DNA of 32,000 nt from an uncultured Actinomycetes bacterium. Its GTDB lineage: Bacteria; Actinomycetota; Actinomycetes; S36-B12; CAIYMF01. Below are positions 22,212 to 31,547 of this stretch, in pieces. The stretch lies in NCBI GenBank assembly GCA_963843975.1, contig CAWJMG010000003.1, positions 30,001-62,000 on the forward strand, given 5' to 3'. The notes under the pieces were generated by a model, which saw nothing but the letters and a program-made list of their open reading frames with translations, searched no databases and was not told the DNA's origin. Position 1 is the first letter of the stretch. Every line of letters starts with the position of its first letter. The translations under genes were made by a program, and so were the position numbers.

Positions 22212-23243
22212 GTGCCGAGGACCACCCACGTCGACTTCCTGGGACGGTCGGCACGGACCGGCGACTGGGCCGAGCGATCGCGCGGCACGTACACGGTCCT
22301 CGCGGAGGCTCTGGAGCGTGGTCAGTGGGAGGACGCCGACGAGCTCCTCGAGGTGACGTTGCTCGAGGCGGAGGAGCTGCGCGACGTCTACTCGGTGTGG
22401 CCGCAGGCGATCGCCGCATGGCTGACGTCGCAGGGGGTCGACGCCGACCGGCTTGCTGCACGCGTCGCGGAGCTCCGCTCGGTGATCGGGGGCGAGGGCG
22501 CCGGTGACGTGCTCGCCGGCTGGGACCAGTACGTCGACCTCACCCATCGGGCGCAGGCGTTGGTGCGGCAGGCCAGCCCGCGAGCAGTCGTTGCCGTCGA
22601 GGACGCTCGTCGCTCGTGGGAGGCCACGCACGATCGGGGCGTCGACGACGTCTACGGGATGCTCAGCATCGCGGTCGAACTCCTGGGCGAGGAGTGCCTC
22701 CGGGACCTGTGGGACCACCTCATGTCGGACTGGTACGACGACCACGCGCGGAGGCTCGATCCGGCCAACCAGTCGTGGAGGACCTCGAGGGAGCAGCTCG
22801 CGCTGGCGATCACGGACGGCTTCCACGCCCACCTCTCGGGCCGGAACAGGCTCGGGGACATGGAGCTCATCGAGGAACCGGACCGGGTCGGGTTCAGGTT
22901 CGCTCCCTGCGGGTCCGGAGGCCGGGTGCTGCGCGACGATGCGGCCGGTGGCGCACGGCCAGAGGCCCCGTTCGGGTTCGCAGTCACCGAGCGGGCGCAC
23001 CCCTGGGCCTTCGGACTGGTGGGGGTCGGCGCCTACTGCGTCCACTGCTGCCTGCTCAACATGACCGTGCCGGTCGAGCGCATCGGCTTCCCGACGCGCG
23101 TGATCGAGCCGCCCACGTGGCCGGACTCGCGTGAGGGCGGCACCTGCACGTGGTGGGTGTACGACGATCCCGCGTCGGTGCCGGCGGATGTCGTCGGAAG
23201 AGTGTCGGATCCCGGCCGCGCCGAGGACGAGGAGGACGCGTGA
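22212..23243 (+). CDS. Uncharacterised 343-aa protein: helical N-terminal part and Cys/His-rich C-terminal part
   Basis: GTG 22212 follows GAAGGAG, and G/C-rich third positions run throughout. Motifs FAPCGSGGR, YCVHCC and GGTCTWW. Its stop overlaps the next start (GTGA). I recognise no family. Confidence 0.65.
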   Translation: MPRTTHVDFLGRSARTGDWAERSRGTYTVLAEALERGQWEDADELLEVTLLEAEELRDVYSVWPQAIAAWLTSQGVDADRLAARVAELRSVIGGEGAGDVLAGWDQYVDLTHRAQALVRQASPRAVVAVEDARRSWEATHDRGVDDVYGMLSIAVELLGEECLRDLWDHLMSDWYDDHARRLDPANQSWRTSREQLALAITDGFHAHLSGRNRLGDMELIEEPDRVGFRFAPCGSGGRVLRDDAAGGARPEAPFGFAVTERAHPWAFGLVGVGAYCVHCCLLNMTVPVERIGFPTRVIEPPTWPDSREGGTCTWWVYDDPASVPADVVGRVSDPGRAEDEEDA

Positions 23244-24556
23244 GCCGTTCGCGAGTGCCGCTGACACAGCTCGAGGTGCCTGACTACGACCTCGGTCTGC
23301 GGGGGAAGCTGCTGCGCGCCGACAAGGTGGCCAAGGCAGGCGGCAGCGCCTTCTGCACCATCATCTACGGGCTCGATCCCGAGGACGGGGTCGCAGACAC
23401 CCCCCTGTCCTCCGCAGCCAACGGCTACCCCGACGCGTTCGCCGCCGTCGACGAGTCCACGCGGGTCCCGCTCTCCTGGCGGGCGGGGACCGACGCCGTG
23501 ATCGCCGACCTGGTCGACGGGTCGGGCACGCCGCTCGAGGAGTCGCCGCGGGTCGCCCTCGCCCGCGTCATCACCGCTTTCAGGAGCCGCGGGCTCGAAC
23601 CGGTGCTCGGTTTCGAGTACGAGTGCCACGTCCTGCACGCTGATGACGACGTGCTGAGCCGCGGCGACTACGGCGCCGTGCGCCCGCTCGGGCGCGAGGA
23701 GAACGCCTACAGCCTGAGCCGGCTGGTGGAGTCGGGGCCGCTGTTCGCGGAGTTCGTCGACCGGATGGACTCCATCGGTGTCCCCGTGGAGGCCTGCCAC
23801 TCGGAGCTCGGTCCCGGCTTCTTCGAGTACGCGCTCGCACCTCTGCCCGCACTGCGAGCCGCCGATGCCGCGGTGCGTAGCCGCCTCTACTTCCGGGAGC
23901 TGTGCGCAGAGCGGGGCCTCCACGCCACGTTCATGGCCAAGCTGCGGATCGAGACGTCCGGGGCCGGCGGGCACGTGCACCAGAGCGTCCTGCGGGACGG
24001 GATGAACGCGTTCGCCGGGGACTCGGACGGGCTGTCGCCCCTCGGCCGGAACTACCTCGGCGGGCTGCTGGACGCCATGGCCGACTCGACGGTGCTGTTC
24101 AACCCGTTCCTCAACTCCTACAAGCGGATCAGTGCCGGGTTCTTCGTCGCCGAGCAGGCGTCGTGGGGCCGGGACGACCGCAACGCGGCCTGCCGCGTGA
24201 TCACCGGACCGGGCTTGGAGGCCTCGCGGATCGAGCACCGGCGGCCGGGGGCGGATGCGAATCCCTACCTTGCGGCGGCGGGCATGCTCGCGGGCGGACT
24301 GCACGGGATCGAGCGGGAGATCGTGCCTGGCCCGCCGGTGTCCGGCGGCTCGTCGAGCACCGCACCGGCAGTCCCGAACTCCCTCGAATCCGCGCTGGCG
24401 GCCTTCCGGTCGTCCACGGTCCTCGCCGACAAGCTGGGCACCCGCCTGGTCGAGTCGTACGCCGCCACGCGGCAGGCTGAGCTGGATTCGTTCACGCGGT
24501 GGTGGGCCACGACGGTGACCGACTGGGAGAAGCGCCGGTACATGGAGCACCTCTAG
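23240..24556 (+). CDS. Glutamine-synthetase-like enzyme (gamma-glutamyl-amine synthetase candidate), copy 1
   Basis: 438 aa from GTG 23240 (SD GAGGAGGA). GAGGHVHQS, NSYKRI and RIEHRRPGADANPYL are GS catalytic-domain motifs. Confidence 0.8.
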   Translation: MSRSRVPLTQLEVPDYDLGLRGKLLRADKVAKAGGSAFCTIIYGLDPEDGVADTPLSSAANGYPDAFAAVDESTRVPLSWRAGTDAVIADLVDGSGTPLEESPRVALARVITAFRSRGLEPVLGFEYECHVLHADDDVLSRGDYGAVRPLGREENAYSLSRLVESGPLFAEFVDRMDSIGVPVEACHSELGPGFFEYALAPLPALRAADAAVRSRLYFRELCAERGLHATFMAKLRIETSGAGGHVHQSVLRDGMNAFAGDSDGLSPLGRNYLGGLLDAMADSTVLFNPFLNSYKRISAGFFVAEQASWGRDDRNAACRVITGPGLEASRIEHRRPGADANPYLAAAGMLAGGLHGIEREIVPGPPVSGGSSSTAPAVPNSLESALAAFRSSTVLADKLGTRLVESYAATRQAELDSFTRWWATTVTDWEKRRYMEHL

Positions 24557-24586
24557 GCGCTCCGCGACGACGAACGGATCGAGACC

Positions 24587-25294
24587 ATGACACGTCGACC
24601 CATCGTGGGGATCACCGGCTTCCACGGCCACTGGACGTACGCGCACGGCCAGGACCAGTTCACGGGCGTCGAGCGGGTCTACACGGACACGATCCTGCGC
24701 TCCGGAGGGATGCCCGTGCTGCTCATGGCGGGCATCGACGCGATCGACGAGGCGTTGGACCTCGTCGACGCGCTGCTGCTGACGGGTGGTGCCGACGTCG
24801 ATCCGCTGCACTACGGCCATGATCGCGCGCTGCACACCGGTGACTCAGACCCCGAGCGCGACGAGTTCGAGATCGCCCTGGTCCGGGGTTCCGTGCAACG
24901 CGACCTGCCCACGCTGGCGATCTGCCGGGGCCACCAGCTGGTGAACGTCTGCCTGGGCGGCCACCTCCATCAGCATGTGGAGGGGCATGAAGGCATCCAG
25001 TCCCCGGGGGCCGGCGTCCACGAGGTGACGGTCGTGCAGGGGAGCCGCCTGCACGACGTCCTCGGCACCACGTCGGTCTGGGCCAACTCCTTGCACCACC
25101 AGGCCGTCGCCGAGCCGGGCGACGGGCTCACCGCCGTCGCCACTGCTCCCGACGGTGTCGTCGAAGCGACGGAGCACCAGGCTCTGCCGCTCCTGACCGT
25201 GCAGTGGCATCCCGAACGCCAGCACGACTCGGACGTGTACGGGACGCTCGTCGACTGGCTCCTCGAGCAGGCTCGCAGCCGCATGGGCGGGTGA
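24587..25294 (+). CDS. Class-I glutamine amidotransferase-like gamma-glutamyl hydrolase (PuuD/peptidase C26 family)
   Basis: 235 aa. LLLTGGADVDP, the catalytic AICRGHQ, and VQWHPE. Confidence 0.8.
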   Translation: MTRRPIVGITGFHGHWTYAHGQDQFTGVERVYTDTILRSGGMPVLLMAGIDAIDEALDLVDALLLTGGADVDPLHYGHDRALHTGDSDPERDEFEIALVRGSVQRDLPTLAICRGHQLVNVCLGGHLHQHVEGHEGIQSPGAGVHEVTVVQGSRLHDVLGTTSVWANSLHHQAVAEPGDGLTAVATAPDGVVEATEHQALPLLTVQWHPERQHDSDVYGTLVDWLLEQARSRMGG

Positions 25295-25347
25295 CGGCCG
25301 CAGTCCGTGTCCTAGTGGTCGGAGCGGTGCCGCCTGGCACGGCTGCT

Positions 25348-26730
25348 TCAGGCGCGCTCGTGGTACCTCTGGAGCTCCCAGTGGGTGACGGGCCCGAGCT
25401 GGAACGCGTCGACCTCGCTCTGGGCCGAGCGCAGGAGATGCTCGAAGACCTCGTCCCCGAAGCTCTCGCGAGCGAGGGCTGACGCGGCGAACCTCGCGAC
25501 CGACGCCATCATCGTGCCGGTCATGTGCTCCAGGGCGCCGTCCTCCTCGGCGTTCCCCTCGTGGAACGGCGGTGTCGGCCGAGAGTCACGGATGCCCTGC
25601 AACCCCGCTGCGATGACCGCGCTGTAGGCGTAGTACGGGTTCGCATCAGCACCAGGGACCCTGTGCTCCAGGTGGAGAGTCGGCCCGTGTCCGACGATGC
25701 GGAACGCGCACGACCTGTTGTCGTCGCCGAGGGCGATCGTGGTCCCCGCGAACTGGTTGGTGCGATAGCGGCGGTAGGAGTTCACCGTGGGCGCGAACAG
25801 GACTCCGAGCTCCAGCACATGGTCGATCTGGGCTGCGACGAACGAGCCGAAGGCCGGTGCGATGCCCTTCCTGTCCGAACCGAGCGGCACTGCGCCGGCC
25901 CCGTCCCAGAGGCTCACGTGGATGTGGCAGGAGGAACCCACGTCGTCGACGTCCGGCTTCGCCATGAACGTGACGGTGACGTGGTTGCGCCGCGCGAGAT
26001 CCTTGACCCCGTACTTGAAGAGCACGTGCCTGTCGGCCATCTCCAACGGCTCGCAGTAGGTGAGGGTGATCTCCTGCTGGCCTCGCCCCCACTCAGGCTT
26101 GGCAGCCTCGACGGGCACGCCGAACTCAGGCATCTGCGTGCGGATCTGACCCAGGAACCAGTCGTCCCTCGCAGCCTGGATGAGCTGGTAGTCGGAGCGG
26201 TTGTCGGTGATGCGCGGAAGGTTCGCGTAGCCCGCCTCACGAGCGGCGTCCGGCTCGATCGTGTAGGCGTAGAACTCCAGCTCCGACGCGAGCTTGAGGG
26301 ACAGGTCGAGCTCGGCCAGCCGTGCGATCTGTCGCCGCAGGATCGTCCTCGGCGCCACGTCGATCAGGGAGTCGCCGTGCGCCTGGTAGGCGTCGCAGAT
26401 GACCAGGGCGCAGCGAGGCTCCCAGGGTATCCGTCGGAGCGTCGGCAGGTCCGGGACGAGCCGGATGTCCCGGTACCCGTTGGTCGCGTTGGCGATGGGC
26501 AGGTCGACCGGGGTCAGCTCCAGGTCAAAGGCGAAGATCACCCCGCTGACATGGATCCCGTCGCCCTCAAGACATAGCGTGCGGAAGCTGTCGACGGGCA
26601 GGCGCTTGCCCACCAGCCGGCCGTACGGATCGGGCGCCGCGCACACGACGGTGTCGATCTCTCCTTGCGCGGCGAGCTCCTCGAGCTCCTCGACGGACAG
26701 CGTGCGGCGGCCTCCGTGGTTCACGGTCAC
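25348..26730 (-). CDS. Glutamine-synthetase-like enzyme, copy 2
   Basis: GTG 26730 (or 26724) follows GAGGAGAG. GSSCHIHVSLW, NSYRRY and LEHRVPGADANPYY. The upstream 64 codons of ORF 25348..26922 were judged non-coding. Confidence 0.8.
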   Translation of the reverse strand: MTVNHGGRRTLSVEELEELAAQGEIDTVVCAAPDPYGRLVGKRLPVDSFRTLCLEGDGIHVSGVIFAFDLELTPVDLPIANATNGYRDIRLVPDLPTLRRIPWEPRCALVICDAYQAHGDSLIDVAPRTILRRQIARLAELDLSLKLASELEFYAYTIEPDAAREAGYANLPRITDNRSDYQLIQAARDDWFLGQIRTQMPEFGVPVEAAKPEWGRGQQEITLTYCEPLEMADRHVLFKYGVKDLARRNHVTVTFMAKPDVDDVGSSCHIHVSLWDGAGAVPLGSDRKGIAPAFGSFVAAQIDHVLELGVLFAPTVNSYRRYRTNQFAGTTIALGDDNRSCAFRIVGHGPTLHLEHRVPGADANPYYAYSAVIAAGLQGIRDSRPTPPFHEGNAEEDGALEHMTGTMMASVARFAASALARESFGDEVFEHLLRSAQSEVDAFQLGPVTHWELQRYHERA

Positions 26731-26788
26731 GGGCTCTCCTCGGGGCTGGTCTGGTGCAGCTGCTCGTCCTCCACGTCGTCTGGCCGGC

Positions 26789-27568
26789 TCAGGTGAGGGC
26801 GAACCCGCCGTCGACGACGAGATCGGCGCCCGTGACGTAGGCCGCCTGGTCGCTGAGGAGGAACGCCACGCAGGCCGCGACCTCAGACGGGTGCGCGAAG
26901 CGCCCGAGCGGCACGCGCCCATCGAGCGCCGGCGGCAGGGTGCCGATCTCGCCGTGGGCGTCGGCCATGGGTGTGGCCACGAAGCCCGGCGCCACGGAGT
27001 TCACCCGGACTCCTGCCGGGGCCCAGGCCCGTGCCGCGCTCCGCGTGAGGGAGGTCAGTGCTGCCTTGGAGGCGGCGTAGTGCGGGTTGGGATCAGGGTC
27101 GGAGAGCGCCACGACCCGGTGCGCCTCGACGGACGTGACGTTCACGACGGCGCCGCCGCCGGCGGCGCGCAGCCGAGGACCCAGGAGGTCGAGCAGCGAG
27201 TACGCGGCAAGGAGGTTCACCTCGAGGGTGCTCTGCCACATCGACCGCGGCACCCCGTCGAAGCCATGGTCGGGGAGCACCCCCGCGCAGTTGACGACGT
27301 ACGACACCGGTCCGTCCGTCAGCGCCGAGTCGAGCGCGTTCTGCAGCTGTTCGGTGTCGCGGACGTCGGCCTCAGCGTGGACGAGGCTCCCCGGGGCGTC
27401 GGCGGGACGGCCGCCCAAGGGGCTCCGCGAGACTCCCACCACGTGCAGCCCGCCGTCCGCCAAGGTGGTCGTGATGGCCGCGCCGATGCCGCTCGACGCG
27501 CCGGTGACGACCGCCCGCCCGCCGGCGAACGTGAGGGCGAGACGCGAGACCGGGGTCACCGGGCGCAC
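26789..27568 (-). CDS. Short-chain dehydrogenase/reductase
   Basis: VVTGASSGIGAA, NCAG and YAASKAA. The start is uncertain: GTG 27568 or 27559. The ORF-track start at 27670 lies in lower-GC3 sequence that overlaps the promoter module. Confidence 0.75.
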   Translation of the reverse strand: MRPVTPVSRLALTFAGGRAVVTGASSGIGAAITTTLADGGLHVVGVSRSPLGGRPADAPGSLVHAEADVRDTEQLQNALDSALTDGPVSYVVNCAGVLPDHGFDGVPRSMWQSTLEVNLLAAYSLLDLLGPRLRAAGGGAVVNVTSVEAHRVVALSDPDPNPHYAASKAALTSLTRSAARAWAPAGVRVNSVAPGFVATPMADAHGEIGTLPPALDGRVPLGRFAHPSEVAACVAFLLSDQAAYVTGADLVVDGGFALT

Positions 27569-27667
27569 CCGAGTCCACGGGCCTGCCGAGCAGTTCGGTA
27601 GCGCATGTCGATCGACCTCCGACCTGGCTGGTCCGCGGCCCGGATGCTCGTCGGCGACCCGGTCCAT

Positions 27668-27778
27668 CAAAGGAACAATAGATGAACCATAAGTGCGATC
27701 GGCGACCGGGACAAGGGCGACGCCACGGCGTCCACCACCTTGCTCAAGGGGTGATTCGGGCCTACCTTTAGACCATTA
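27668..27778. promoter_or_regulatory. Back-to-back divergent promoter module B (homologous to 21592..21701)
   Basis: Rightward: TTGCTC (27740-27745), 17 nt, TACCTT (27763-27768), then TAGACCATTA. Leftward, on the minus strand: TTGTCC (27709-27714), 17 nt, TATGGT (27686-27691). Confidence 0.5.
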
Positions 27779-27845
27779 GAGGCGCACCGGCCCCGTGGTC
27801 GCAACGCCGATACATCGCGGATGGCCGAGCGCTGATGGAGGACTC

Positions 27846-29210
27846 GTGACGGACATGCAGGTGATGCGGGACAGCTGGTCGATGGACGAGCAGGAGCTGC
27901 GCGACGCACTGCCCCCGATGGAGTGGGACTACGCCACCGCGCTGCATGACCGCGAGACGTACCTGACGCCGGTCCTGAAGACGTTCCAGGCGACGACGAA
28001 GCCGATCCTCATCAAGCGCGGCGAGGGTCAGTACGTCTTCGACGCCGACGGCAACCGCTACATCGACACCGTTGCCATGAACCAGGCGATCAGCGCCGGG
28101 TACCGGAGCCCGTACGTGATGGCCTCGGTGCGCCAGCAGCTCGAGGACATGCAGCACTGCTCGACCATGTGGATGCACCCCGCGCCGGCCTCGCTCGCCA
28201 AGGCCCTGATCGACAAGATGCCCGAAGGCGACTGGGTCGTGCACTTCCTCAGCAGCGGCACCGAAGCGGTGGAGCTCGCGGTCCTCATGGCGCGCAACTA
28301 CACCGGCCGCCACACAGTCCTCGGGCTTCGATCGGCCTATCACGGAGGGGTCAGCTCCACCGCCAACGCGCTGACGTCGATCAGCCGGTTCCACCACAAG
28401 CTGCCGTCCGCGTCCGGTGTGATCCACGTGGCCAACCCCGACCAGTACCGCGGCATCCACGGACCGGGCGTGGAGCCCTACCTCGCCGAGTTCAAGGCGA
28501 CCATCGCCTCGTCCACCAACGGCGAGTTCGCGGCGTACATCTACGAGCCGATCCAGGGGTACGGCGGCGTCATCCCCATGCCGACCGAGTACGTCCAGCG
28601 GTCGGTGCAGCTGGCGCGGGAGCACGGCGCGCTCGTCATCGCGGACGAGGTCCAGACGGCGATCGGTCGCACGGGTTCCCACTTCTACGGCTTCGTCGAG
28701 CATGGCGTCGTGCCCGACATGGTCGTCATGGCGAAGGGCCTCGGAAACGGGTTCCCCTTGTCCGCCGTCGTGGTCCGCCGCGAGATCGCGGAGGGGATGA
28801 CGCACGGCAAGGCATTCATGAGCACCATGGGGTCGAACCCCACCTGTGTCGCTGCCGGACGCGGGGTGATCGCGGCGCTCGACCACGGTGGCCTGCAAGA
28901 GAACGCGCGACAGGTCGGCGAGACGGCGATCGGCATGTTCCGCGAGCTGCAGTCGCGCTACGAGGTGGTCGGCGACGTCCGCGGCAAGGGCCTCATGCTC
29001 GGCATGGAGCTGGTCAAGGATCGCGACACCAAGGAGCCGGCCACCGAGCTCGTCAACATGATCGCGGACGAGATCTCGGACTCGGTGATCGTCACCAAGG
29101 CTGGCCAGTTCGGGAACGTCCTGCGCCTGGTCCCACCGCTCTGCTTGACAGCCGACGATGCGGCCGTGGTCGTCGAACGACTCGACGCCATCCTGCGCCG
29201 CCAGGCCTGA
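27846..29210 (+). CDS. Class-III aminotransferase, AGXT2-like subgroup (transaminase or phospho-lyase)
   Basis: GTG 27846 follows GGAGGA. ADEVQTAIGRTG and VMAKGLGNGFPLSAV (PLP lysine) resemble AGXT2 and the AGXT2L phospho-lyases. Confidence 0.8.
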   Translation: MTDMQVMRDSWSMDEQELRDALPPMEWDYATALHDRETYLTPVLKTFQATTKPILIKRGEGQYVFDADGNRYIDTVAMNQAISAGYRSPYVMASVRQQLEDMQHCSTMWMHPAPASLAKALIDKMPEGDWVVHFLSSGTEAVELAVLMARNYTGRHTVLGLRSAYHGGVSSTANALTSISRFHHKLPSASGVIHVANPDQYRGIHGPGVEPYLAEFKATIASSTNGEFAAYIYEPIQGYGGVIPMPTEYVQRSVQLAREHGALVIADEVQTAIGRTGSHFYGFVEHGVVPDMVVMAKGLGNGFPLSAVVVRREIAEGMTHGKAFMSTMGSNPTCVAAGRGVIAALDHGGLQENARQVGETAIGMFRELQSRYEVVGDVRGKGLMLGMELVKDRDTKEPATELVNMIADEISDSVIVTKAGQFGNVLRLVPPLCLTADDAAVVVERLDAILRRQA

Positions 29211-29222
29211 GGCCCCAGCCGG

Positions 29223-30749
29223 GTGAACGTCGGGAGCTTCCTCACCAAGGCTGCGCGGGTGCACCCGCACCGACCGGCGGTGACAGACGACAGGGTCAGC
29301 CTCACCTACGAGCAGATGGATGCGACGGCAGAGCGGGTCGCGTCGTACCTCAGCGAGCGTGGGCTGGCCCCGGGCGACCGCGTCGTGCTGTTCATGGCCA
29401 ACCGCGCGGAGTACCTCACGCTGCTGTTCGGCATCTTCAAGGGCGGATTCGTCGCGGTGCCCGTCAACGCGAAGCTGCACGTGTCCGAGGTCGCGTTCAT
29501 CATCGAGCACTGCGCCGCGGGGGCCGTGCTGGTGGATGCGAAGAGCTCGTCGCTGGTCAGGGGGCACGTGGGCGGCGCCGCGGTCGTGCACGTCGACGAC
29601 GAGGAGCTCGACTGGCTCCGGCAGGGGGCCCAGCGCACGGGCTCCTTCGTCGACCACGCCGTCCGGCCGGACGATCCTGCCTGGATCTTCTACACGTCTG
29701 GGACGACCGGGCGTCCCAAGGGGGCCACCCTCACCCATCGCAACCTGCGGGTGAGCGCCATGAACGCGCTCGCCGACATGTGCGACTTCCAGCCCGAGGA
29801 CGTGGTGCTCCACGTGGCGCCGCTCTCGCACGGGTCCGGGCTCTACGCATTGCCGGCGGTCGCCCGTGCTTGCTCGAACGTGATCCACGTGGGCGGCTCG
29901 TTCCAGGCCGACGACGTCCTCGAGAGCATGCGACGCCTGGGTGTCACCGTCGTCGCCTTCATGGCGCCGACGATGATCCACATGCTGCTGGAGAGCGACC
30001 TTGCCGCGCCGCCTCTGGTGCGACGGATCATGTATGGCGGAGCGCCCATCGACGCAGGCCTCGTCGCGAGGGCCATCGACCGTTTCGGACCGGTCTTCGT
30101 GCAGCTCTACGGCATGGGGGAGTCGCCGATGACGATCACCTACCTCCGGCCGGCGGACCATCGTGGGCACACGGTCACGTCCGCCGGGATACCTCGGACC
30201 GACGTGGAGGTCCAGGTGCTCGACGACGTCGGCAACTCGGTGGCCGACGGCGTCGAAGGCGAGATCTGCGTGCGTGGGGACATCGTGATGGCGGGCTACT
30301 GGAACGACCCGGACGCCACGGCTCGGGCGCTCCGCGACGGATGGCTGCACACAGGAGACGTGGGACGCTTCGAGTCAGGGTTCCTCTTCCTGCTGTCGCG
30401 CCGGAACGACGTGATCATCTCCGGAGGAAGCAACATCTACCCCCGCGAGGTCGAGGAGGCCCTGATGCAGCATCCGGCCGTCACCGATGCCTGCGTGTTC
30501 GGGGTCCCAGACGACAAGTGGGGGGAGTCCGTCGTGGCGGCCGTCGTCGTGGACCAGCCCACGACCGTGGACAGCCTGCTCGACACCTGCCGCGAGCACA
30601 TCGCCAGCTTCAAGAAGCCGAGCGCGGTCGTGTTCGTCGACGCGTTGCCCGTCAGCGCCTACGGCAAGGTCCTGCGGCGCGAGGTACGCGACGGCTACCT
30701 CCGGGGCCTCGCCGAGTCCGTGTCCGCGACGGCTGGGGAGCGGCCGTGA
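29223..30749 (+). CDS. AMP-dependent acyl-CoA synthetase/ligase (class-I adenylate-forming enzyme)
   Basis: 508 aa. YTSGTTGRPKGA, YGMGES, HTGDVG and the C-terminal FKKPSAVVFVDALPVSAYGKVLR. Confidence 0.85.
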   Translation: MNVGSFLTKAARVHPHRPAVTDDRVSLTYEQMDATAERVASYLSERGLAPGDRVVLFMANRAEYLTLLFGIFKGGFVAVPVNAKLHVSEVAFIIEHCAAGAVLVDAKSSSLVRGHVGGAAVVHVDDEELDWLRQGAQRTGSFVDHAVRPDDPAWIFYTSGTTGRPKGATLTHRNLRVSAMNALADMCDFQPEDVVLHVAPLSHGSGLYALPAVARACSNVIHVGGSFQADDVLESMRRLGVTVVAFMAPTMIHMLLESDLAAPPLVRRIMYGGAPIDAGLVARAIDRFGPVFVQLYGMGESPMTITYLRPADHRGHTVTSAGIPRTDVEVQVLDDVGNSVADGVEGEICVRGDIVMAGYWNDPDATARALRDGWLHTGDVGRFESGFLFLLSRRNDVIISGGSNIYPREVEEALMQHPAVTDACVFGVPDDKWGESVVAAVVVDQPTTVDSLLDTCREHIASFKKPSAVVFVDALPVSAYGKVLRREVRDGYLRGLAESVSATAGERP

Positions 30750-31483
30750 CCGCGCCCACGGCCGTCGTGACGGGCGCGGCCGGCGGAATCGGCCTGGCGG
30801 TGTGCCGCCGCCTCGCCGCTGACGGGTACGAGGTGCACGGGCTCGACGTCCGGCCCATGCCCGAAGGGGTCGCGCCGGGAGTGGTCGGCGCCGTGGTGGA
30901 CCTGTCCGACGCGTCCGCGCCGCGCCGGTTCTTCGCCGAGGAGTTCGACGGGCGCCCGCTCACGACTCTGGTCAACGCCGCCGGGGTTGCCTTCTTCGGG
31001 CGGGACGAGTCGGCGCTCGAGGCTGACGAGTCGCTGTGGTCGCGAACCCTGCAGATCAACCTGGACGGCCCTCGACGGATGTCCGCAGCCGCGCTGCCCG
31101 CCCTCCGGCGCGCGACCGGAGCGTCGATGGTCCACGTGGCGTCGATCGCGGGGCTCCGGAACATGGACTCGCCGATGGATGCTTACCAGGTGTCGAAGAC
31201 GGCTGTCGTCGCACTGTCGCGAAGCTTCGCGGTCCAGCTCGGGCCGGAGGGCATCCGCTCCAACACCGTGTGCCCAGGGGCGGTTCTGACGCCGATGATC
31301 TCCCACCTCTACGACGAGGATCCCGCGCGGCGGACGCGTATGGAGGCGAAGACGCCCCTGCGGCGACTGGGGGCACCGGACGACATCGCGGAAGCCGTCG
31401 CGTGGCTGGCGTCGTCGGCCGCGAGCTTCGTCACCGGTGCGGATCTCGTCGTCGACGGCGGCTGGTCGGTCGTCACTCCGTAG
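30746..31483 (+). CDS. Short-chain dehydrogenase/reductase
   Basis: These are the last 246 codons of the artefactual 28169..31483 ORF. GTG 30746 overlaps the ligase stop (GTGA). VVTGAAGGIGLA, NAAG and YQVSKTA. Confidence 0.8.
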   Translation: MTAPTAVVTGAAGGIGLAVCRRLAADGYEVHGLDVRPMPEGVAPGVVGAVVDLSDASAPRRFFAEEFDGRPLTTLVNAAGVAFFGRDESALEADESLWSRTLQINLDGPRRMSAAALPALRRATGASMVHVASIAGLRNMDSPMDAYQVSKTAVVALSRSFAVQLGPEGIRSNTVCPGAVLTPMISHLYDEDPARRTRMEAKTPLRRLGAPDDIAEAVAWLASSAASFVTGADLVVDGGWSVVTP

Positions 31484-31515
31484 TTCATGCCCGACCCGGC
31501 GTCCACGTGGCCGGT

Positions 31516-31533
31516 TAGGGTGAGGGGACCCTA
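31516..31533. promoter_or_regulatory. Palindrome TAGGGT-N6-ACCCTA upstream of the FadR-type GntR gene (candidate autoregulatory operator overlapping a -10-like hexamer)
   Basis: TAGGGT (31516-31521) and ACCCTA (31528-31533) are exact reverse complements. The core GGT-N6-ACC fits the general GntR GT-Nx-AC pattern. It lies 15 nt upstream of GTG 31548. Confidence 0.3.
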
Positions 31534-31547
31534 GCGAGGAGCACTCG

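Noticed and set aside
25295-25347. Intrinsic terminator between the convergent PuuD-like and GS-like genes
   Set aside because: Only a 5-bp GTGCC/GGCAC stem is present and there is no U-tract, which is too weak to call.
27768-30350. 860-aa minus-strand ORF, and the 1104-aa plus-strand ORF at 28169..31483
   Set aside because: Both overlap the well-supported aminotransferase and ligase frames and translate to Arg/Gly/Asp-rich nonsense. Only the last 246 codons of 28169..31483 (the SDR from GTG 30746) look real.
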